Assembly (NCBI GenBank): GCA_023231475.1
Contig: JALJEE010000597.1
Span: forward strand, 1-56,794
Direction: 5' to 3'
DNA: 56,794 nt
Source of the DNA: Seison nebaliae
Taxonomy: Eukaryota
Position numbers and translations under genes: made by a program. The notes beneath the pieces were generated by a model. It was not told where the DNA came from. It saw nothing but the letters and a program-made list of their open reading frames with translations, and ran no database searches. Position 1 is the first letter of the stretch; each line of letters opens with the position of its first letter. This document shows positions 48,101 through 56,794 of the stretch, in pieces.

Positions 48101-51100
48101 AATGGTGAAGTAATAAATTGAAAATATAGACTGTTTTATACGTTCGATCCATTTCAATGTATGACAGTTGAACTGAAAAAGCGCGCAGTTTGAAAGTTTA
48201 ATTAGTTGGATAATTTTGACATTTACATATATATATCGTATTGAATCGAATTGAAATTTAGAGTTAGAAAAAATGGTTTATTTGATGTACGAAATATTTT
48301 CATTAATCATTGTACCAATCGTATATTGGAGAATTATCAAAAAATTCTACCGAAAGGAAAAAGGTCAGCAAAACTTTTCTAGTTCTTTAAACAAAGATTA
48401 CATAGTTTTGAGATTAGTTACTTCTATGCTAGTATTTCATTTTAATTTTCTTTCTTCCTTATGAATAAATTTTTATAGTTAATTTATTATATATTTATTA
48501 AATTTTACAATTATTATTTTTTATTCAAATTCCGGTTGGAATAGATACGGCTGAAATAATATATTATTTTAACAGTGAACTGTTAGACAAATTGAATGAT
48601 GTAACAATTTTGGGTCTCCCAATGCTTCATCCATTTTTTACTAAACTTCGTTCATAATTTCATGGGTTCTCTTACAGAGTATTCATACTTCAATGGAAAC
48701 CATTTGCAAAATTTTAAATATTTTATTGTTTGTTTTTAATAATCAAATTATCTTCAACTGGAGATTGTGTGGGAAAAATGTGTTTGAATTATCTTCATTG
48801 AAAATGGTTTGTTTCCAACTTGAGTAATTTGTTGATGAAGTCAGTATCTCATCATTACCATGGAAACAGAATGATTAACTAAATTTTCTCTCAAAATGAA
48901 TTTTTACGAAAAAACTAAATTAAACATATTCAAAGAAAAGATTGTTGGAATTAGCGAATAACCAAGTTCCATTTATCATGATTGTAGAGTTGATTATCGG
49001 AAAGTGTTTAGTATGTGAAGTAACATAACTTTTTTATTGGGGGACCTTTATTATTTGTTATATTGAAGAAAAAACTTAAATTACTATTATGAATTCCCAT
49101 CAAAATTTATCATTCCATCACTCATGAAATATCAAATTATATTATTTAATCGTTTAATATTAATAGAGGCGTACATCTAATATCCTCATTATTCTTATTA
49201 TTAGTCAACTAGATAATAAATTCCTTCCTTTATTTTTGCTAGTTATGAAAATCTTCTGTTGTTACATAAGAGAACATAATTTCTGGAGATATTTCGATAT
49301 AGAATGTTCAGACTGATGATTGATAGCATATGTGTATGTCATCAAACATTAATAAATATTGCAAAAAAATGAATTTGCTTTTATAGAGAAACAATAGAGA
49401 AGTTGAGATAGGAAATTTTGTAGAATTTTTCAAATTTCTCGATTGTTGCACAAGAAGAAAAACTATTTGACACTATTTCTACCATTATGTAATTTTACGC
49501 AATATTATAATTAGAAGCATCGAATTTAATGAAGTTTGATGAGGAAAATACTGAAGAGAAAATTATTAATCGTCTTATGACAAATATTGAACAGTTCATC
49601 TAGATCAGTTCAATTATGATAATAATTAGGCAAAAACTTTTACAAGAGAGTATGTGAAGATAATTTATATTTCCTTCATCTTGACATCGTTGACATTTCA
49701 TTTTAACTTTTTCGTTTTCTTACGAATCAATCCGTTTCTTCTATCATACATCGTTGAGATAAAGGAATTTCTTTTTCGACAAGTTACGATAACTTGGATT
49801 TATGGTTCTTTTAATGTGAACGTCAATGTGGTAGTAAAAAAAATAAGTAGACGAAAGGTATTCCTAATATTTCACAGCAAGTTCCTAATGTAGAATAAGG
49901 AAATTACGATGAGGTTTTTCCTTCCAACTCGATCAATTAACTCATAAGAATGGATCATCTAGTTTACTTTTTTTTCAGTTAGATCATTATTATATTATGA
50001 ATTATCTTCCCTGCTATCGTTCTTATTAATTCGTATGATCGAAAGTAATGTGTTTTCTTAAAACTTTCAATGAACGATAATAAAAGTAGGAGTTATATAA
50101 TCTAAGTTTAGTATAAATAATTTTAAAGAAATAATAAGAAGAAAATCTACTTCCTTATTATCTCATAAGCATCCAGAATTGAGAATAGAAAATAAAAGAT
50201 TATTCACTATTATTTTGAGATTGTGCTAAATTGTTCTAAAGAGAAGGAACGGGAAGAAAACGAATTTTTAATTTTTTGGAAATTTTTCCTTTCTTATTAT
50301 AATCATTGTGGTGATGATAATGATCATGAGAATTATTATTATGATAATTGTGTGGTAGTAGTGAATTTACAATTTCGACGATTTAGTTTCAATGAAAAAC
50401 TTTTTTGTTTTTTGAATTGAAATATCTTTTATTTCGAATTTTCTATGTGAAGATCATTCAATTCATTGTGTTCTATGACAGATGAATATTCATTTAGTCA
50501 TACGAATATTTCACCCGTTCTATTCGTTGAGTTCTTCTTCCTCATATCGCCTTCTTATATGTGCCTCCCAAAATGGTAGTTGTCGACAATAGAGTGATAA
50601 GATGGGTCGATGTTCCTCGTCTAAATCATTTCAATCTCCGTTTCATACTTATTCGTTTCTAAAACAATCAACTTTTTTAAGTTTATACAAAAAATTATCT
50701 TTTTCATTCTTTTAATCTCGAATGAAATTTAAGTTTAATTTCCCAAATTGAAATGGACGTTTATGACTGTTTGAGGATTTGGAGTGTGTTTAGAAAGCCA
50801 AAAATAAACAGTTTGATAATAGTTTTTTAAAAATGGCTTTTCGAATTAAAAAAAAAGTCGAAGAATTTCAATTAATGTCACTTCTAATTTCATTTAGAAG
50901 AATAATAGTTTTCGGAGTCACATTTTTAGTCATCGATCTTGTCATATGGTTGAAGTAAGAGTTTCAATTACACTTTCGCAACAATTCGCAATTATTGTGA
51001 GAAGTAATGAATAACATGCCGGAGATAGAGGATGGGTATAGATCAAATGAAAATATTTAAGATAAATAATATTGATAGTTTGGTCAGTTAACAGTAAAAA

Positions 51101-53464
51101 TAATAGAAGAAGAGCGTGAGAGATGGACGGATAATTACGAATGTTCCCGAATAAGAAACTTGTCGATATTGTCATAGAAAGTAAATGAATTACATTTCAT
51201 AGCCACGTACTATTCATTTTATGATCATTTTGGTGGACTATTCGATCGAGTTGACCTATTCAAAAGGAACATTTACACATCTACACTTTCCACTTTCCAT
51301 CATTAGATAGAAAGGAACACTTTTATCGCACGACCATATATGGGACCAACGACGACAAGACTGAAAAAATTAAGATGAAATTGATAACTTTATTTTGATT
51401 TCGATCATATCTTCTTTCTTTCCATTATGTAGATTGTAGTCATTTTCTTTAGATAATTTCGATATCGTTTCTTCGTCTTCTTTCCATTTTTCCATATCGA
51501 ATTAGGTGGTAAGATGAAAATATTCTTTTCTATTGAAGAAACTTTCAAATTTTTCACATTGTGCAAAATTTGAGAGATATTTTCAAGATCTTATGTCAAC
51601 CTTAATATCTCGATGGTAACGATTTTCTAAATACGTCCTACAATTGTTTCTTCAATAAATAACACTTCTCGTATGATAGTTTTATGAATTTGATTTAATC
51701 GTTTAAAGAGACTCTACTTGTGTTTAGTAATTTCTCACGTTGCTTAATCGTTCCTTTTTTCGCCACTGATGAAAATGCGTTACGTCATCTAATGCTGACC
51801 ATCTGAGAAATTATCGACAATTGGCAAACGATAAGTTGAGAGAAGGCCATTTATTTGCCATCTAATAGGATTAGTGGATCTATCATTCATCTTACTCATA
51901 ATTCATTTTTTAATGGTTTTTTGCCTGAATCTAATCTAAATTTAATAGTATTTCTCGGCAACAAATAAGCGAAACACGTGTTATACAAAATAAGGTTTTA
52001 TGTGACTGACAATCTTTTTTGTCATTCTAATTCATTTAAACAATAATGTACACGTGTATCCTGCGTCTCATCGACAATCAGATAGTCTACATTAATCGTT
52101 TTATGTATCTCTCATTTCATTCAATCAATTCCCGATAAACTTTTCGTGAAAAGAACGAACATTTGATTAATCCACTCAAAGTCGCTAAAAACATTATCCT
52201 TCATATAATTTTCAAATTTTCAAATTTTTTTTAATTATTAAATTTTCTTTAAATAATCATATTTTCTTTAAATTTTAGAGATATGCATTGACGATTCTTC
52301 TTTTGCATCTCGTTAAGAGGAAACCTAGTTTTTTTCAACTTTCATTCATTGTAACCCTATTATATCATCAATCCATTCGCTAGTAGTCTAGTGTATGCAA
52401 CGCAATTAATCGTAACAATCGAAACACAAATTTTATTTACTTTTTAACCTTTCTCCCAATTGTTCTACGTTTTAACGAAATTATTTCGTTCGAAAAAAGA
52501 AACTATTACAACATACTTTATCTGTTTGTTGTCAGCCGAAAATATTTTTTACGAAAACTTTCCTTTATGAACAGTAGAAGGAATATAGTAGAAGGTACGA
52601 TTAATTAAATACGAAGGAGCAATCATCAATCAAAATCATTGGGAATGTGCATCTTTTCCAACATACATTCTGCCATACAGAACGAAATAATTCATTTGAA
52701 TTTTGTTTAAGAAACTGTTAGAAAAGTTTGGAGAATACAATTTGGTAAATGAGTAACAACTATCCTTCTGATTCTTTCTTGTACATCATACCATTCCCAC
52801 AAATATCTCCAGCAATTCTTCCAAAAACAAAAACGAACTTCTTACCACCTCAATCTCATAGTTCTCCAATGTTATCTTATCCCTTTGGCCTTATTCCGAC
52901 GAAATATTATTAATAAGAAATTCTCATCTTAATCGTTTATCAATTCAACAAATTTCTCATTTGTCCATCCATTCTTTCTTACCGAATCTACGAGCAACAA
53001 ACTTAACCCATATTTGTCATCCATTCGTTTCAATATTTCATGAATATTTATCCATTTCTAATTATCAATCATCTTCTAATCAATACAATTCAATTCACTT
53101 CTATGCAATTCATCAACAAAACTTCTCATTCGATACATGAAAGAATAGTATTGTTTGGGAATAAGATTTCAACATAAAAGTTTACTAGAGAAACAATTTT
53201 TTTTGAGTAGTAAAGAAATTCTTCTTCAGACGAAACCAAACAATTTCTTTATTTCGTATAAAGAGAATTGATAGTCGTTCTATCCATCCTCTTTGTTTAA
53301 AGTTATTATATTTCAACTTCACCATTTACTAGGACAAGATCTACAGTGACTTAAGGAAATATTCCTTTTAAAACACACAATCGTTCGTTTATCTATAGAT
53401 AATATTGATTAATAATAACAACAACATTTTCAAATATTTCTTTCATCCATATCCCAGGTTAAAT

Positions 53465-56400
53465 ATGGAAAACGATTTCATTCGTATTTTCGTCGATTTC
53501 TTTCTTGAACTTCTCATAGCATATTTTAATGCTTTCCTATTAATATCGTACAACCTTGCAAACCTTAGTTCAGTTCTTATAAATATATTGATTTCCTTGT
53601 CCAAGAATTGGATCTCTTTAGTAGAAAAAATATCATCATCTTGTTAATTTAAGATTTATTTAGTTTCACCTAATTATAAATGATCATAAGAGGGAAAAGA
53701 AAAAATTTTTTAAAAACCAAAATCGTTTAGAATTTTTAAGAGTTTTCAAAAGAACAACAATGATGGTTATATAAAATTGAAAGATATCTTTTTTAAAAGA
53801 AGCGAAAATTATTAGAGATTAACAGAGTTAAGAATCAAAATTAATTAAAAGAAGAAATATTTTAATTTTAAATATTTAACTAATTTTCTTTCTTTTTTAT
53901 TCAATTATAGGTGAAACAAAATATCAGAAGGAATTAATTGATTTAATTCTATCGTACAATTTCTTCTGTCCAACATTTATTTCCATCACCTTATTCACAT
54001 TCTTATTAATTCTATTTAAAATTATGCGTCAAAAGTGTTAGTATCTTTCATTATGGATAATTAAAAATTAATGTACTTCTTAAATTGTAGTTCCAAAAGG
54101 TCGAAAAGAAGATATTGAAGAGTATTCCATTTCGGCAGCTGGTACAGAGAATTTCACACCACACATCCCTAAAGGATTTGAATCTCTTATCAAAAATGAT
54201 GAAAAAAATAAGAGGAAGAATAAACGAGGAAAACCGAAGTCGAAAAAATCGGAGAAACAGCAAATTAAGACTAAAAATTCCTCGAAAAAAACCGATCAAC
54301 AGGTAAAAACAACCTGGGATGAAAATTCTGAAATAACGAATGTCGGGGAAGCCATGGTTGCCAATGGATTCGATGAATCGAAAATCACGGATAGTTTTTC
54401 AATGGAAACCGTTACAACGATACCTCAATTAACTGAGGCCGTTTCCATTAATGAAGAGAAAACGAACGAAATTCCGACGCAATTGGAATCTCCGAATGAT
54501 TTCGAAGAGAAAACAGATACACTTATTTATCAATTTCCAAATGAAAATGGTGCACAAATCGAGACTGACCACATCGAAGAAAATAAAATAGAAATCATCG
54601 ATGGAGAAATTCAGGGAGATAATAAGACTGAAGATTTAACAATCAATGAAAATAATGAAAACGAACAAATTAACGGAGAAATACTGGAAGATAATACCGA
54701 GGAAAAAATGAATAACGAAAGTGGAAAAATTGATGAAATTGAAAACATAGAAAAATGTGAAAAAATTTATGAAATGGAAGATATCGAAAATGACGAAAAG
54801 ATTCAGCAAATGGAACTTATTGAAAATCACGGAAAAATTCAGGAAACAGCGGTTATCGAAAATCATAGAATAATCAAGAATATGGAACCTATCCAAAATC
54901 ATAAAGAAGAAAAAACTCTACCAAAAGATGTTGTTATTAAAACAAAAAAGAAAACAAAAGATATCAATACAAATGGATATAGAATGGAGAATGATAGTTT
55001 ATCTTCATCATCATCTTGTACAATAAAATCGAAGACAAATTCTCATTCAAGTAGAGATTCTAAAAAAGGGAAAAAAGGATGTTCTAAAAAACCGAAACCA
55101 AACAAAGACGATAATATACCTAGTAGTATATTAGGAACAGATCAATTTGAACCTCATTTTCCAAAAAGTTATCAAATAGAAAAGCATATAGTTAAGACGA
55201 TGTCAGAAAGGAAAACTCCTAAATCACGCAAAAAAGACCAGAATAATAATTCTGTTAGTTCAATGTCATTAGGGAAAAATAAGAAAAAAAATTCTATCGG
55301 CTCTCAAGATCAAACAGAAATCATTAATGAAACTGTTCAGGATAATTCGGATAATAATGGCACAAACGAGAATGAACGTTTTCTTACTGAAACATCTGTT
55401 GAAAATGTCGAAAACAACGATGGAGATGAAACGGTCATTCCTAATAATATAAATGAAGAACCAACTGAAAATTCATCATTTGAAAATAATTCCGTTGGAA
55501 CAATGTTCTCGGATAAGAATTTGGAAACCGACAAAGGAAATAAATCAAAATATGATACAGAACCAATTTACGACTCAGTGGAAAACCAAATAATGGAAAA
55601 AGATCTCTCTTTTGACACTAAGTTGGAAACAACTAAAGTATTCGGGGAAGAACAATTATCAACCTCCAGTTCTAATTCATCTAACGCAATTTACAAAGAA
55701 TCTCAAAACACAAATGTAGAAGTTAAACATGATTATAAACAATTATCATCATCATTACAAAATAGCGATTATGATACACCGAATAGTATTCCAATTGACC
55801 AATTTCAAGAAGATGGAGCTAAGGTTGTAGGGCAACAGTATGAAGAAGCTGTTTACGAGGAAGTTGACGATCCACAAGAAGTTGATAAAAAAGAGAAATT
55901 TACCGAAGTTAAGAAAGTGTTACCAAAAGAAGAAAATGGAAAGTTTTATGACACTGTAAATGACCAGAATCAGTTTTCTCATGGGAAACAAAAAGTGAAC
56001 ATTGAACAAGATGAAGATTTTTTGGAACATCTGAATTTGGAATCTTCACGAATATTAATTCCTTCTGAAAATCAATTATGGAATATATATAATAGAGCAA
56101 AAGAAAATGTAAGCGATGATGACAATAAGGTAAAACGAAAAAAATTATCTGCAATTTCTAAGATCGATGAAAAGCCTGTATTTGAGGATGATCCACTAAA
56201 ACCATATTTGTATGAGATAAATCATTGTATCTTACCAAATTCTCACAACGATACATTATTGTACACAATTGGAACGAGAACTAACAATGTTCCAATAACA
56301 TCAAATGTTTCTACTAGAACGGAATTGCTGATAACAGAGACAAACGGAACAGTAAATGGTGAGAAAAATGAAACTCATGAGTCTCCCACAAAAGTTGTCA

Positions 56401-56794
56401 AGGAAAACATTCAAACCGAAACTTCGGAAACACCAAAAGAACCGGAAACTGAACAAAATAAAAATGAAGTTGTTGGACTTGGAGAATCGATAAACGACAA
56501 TGTTGATGTGGTGAAAATTGAGGTACACGGAACAGTAAATAGTGAGGAAAATGAAAGTCATGAGACTCCTACAAAAGATGTCAAAGAAAACATTCAAACC
56601 GTAACTTCGGAAGCACCAAAAGAACCGGAAACTGAAGTTGTTGGACCGAAAGAATCGATAAACGGCAATGTTGATGTGGTGAAAACTGAGACAAACGGAA
56701 CAGTAAATAGTGAGGAAAATGAAACTCATGAGTCTCGCACTAAAGATGCCAAGAAAAACATTCAAACAGTACCTTCGGAAACACCAAAAGAACC
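53465..56794 (+). CDS. Large membrane-anchored, acidic low-complexity repeat protein (3' partial); absent from the ORF track because it has no stop in the window
   Basis: Exons 53465-53642 (tentative), 53911-54036 (TM segment FISITLFTFLLILF) and 54091 to the end (same frame at both ends, ~900 codons); phase-1 GTT-AG introns. Confidence 0.7.
56345..56794 (+). repeat. Coding tandem repeat, units of 183 and 168 bp (61/56 aa), third unit truncated by the window
   Basis: cggaacagtaaat recurs at 56345, 56528 and 56696; peptide GTVN.E.NE.HE.PTK..KENIQT..SE.PKEP. Confidence 0.9.

Noticed and set aside
51124..51140. TGGACGGA match to the miR-184 5' end (and GAACTGATAAGGG near 36702)
   Set aside because: Partial matches only, with no precursor hairpin; expected by chance.
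43178..51175. 60-80 aa ORFs in the desert region, and 31742-31933
   Set aside because: F/I/L/N-rich compositional ORFs with no homology cues or consistent splice phases.
56345..56794. Repeat array as CRISPR or satellite
   Set aside because: Units are in-frame coding repeats without unique spacers, in a eukaryotic context.

Overview
Eukaryotic (metazoan-like) genomic DNA from a very AT-rich, compact genome; the taxon cannot be fixed from the sequence. Positions 1-43 kb are gene-dense, with tiny introns (mostly 42-61 nt). Conserved genes: IVD, a divergent alpha-tubulin, MFSD11, SPCS2, DNAJB9, ADH5, UAP1, ARL2, EIF3B, RPS15A, PHGDH, MFSD10, a two-EF-hand protein, a SET methyltransferase and tRNA-Lys(TTT). 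Lineage-specific content: four secreted orphans, a divergent kinase, two tandem divergent USP-like proteases, a LINE RT fragment and a foldback MITE. About 43-53.4 kb lacks convincing coding sequence, and a large membrane-anchored repeat protein runs off the right end. Most notable: (1) a GC-richer, highly structured ~205-nt plus-strand element ending in TTTT (39781-39986), whose helix plus CCACACACACCCC layout is reminiscent of a telomerase RNA (speculative); (2) 30 of 33 hand-mapped introns start GTT rather than GTR; (3) a candidate 18-nt microexon in UAP1; (4) the unannotated USP-like pair. All gene models were spliced by eye; no database searches were run.
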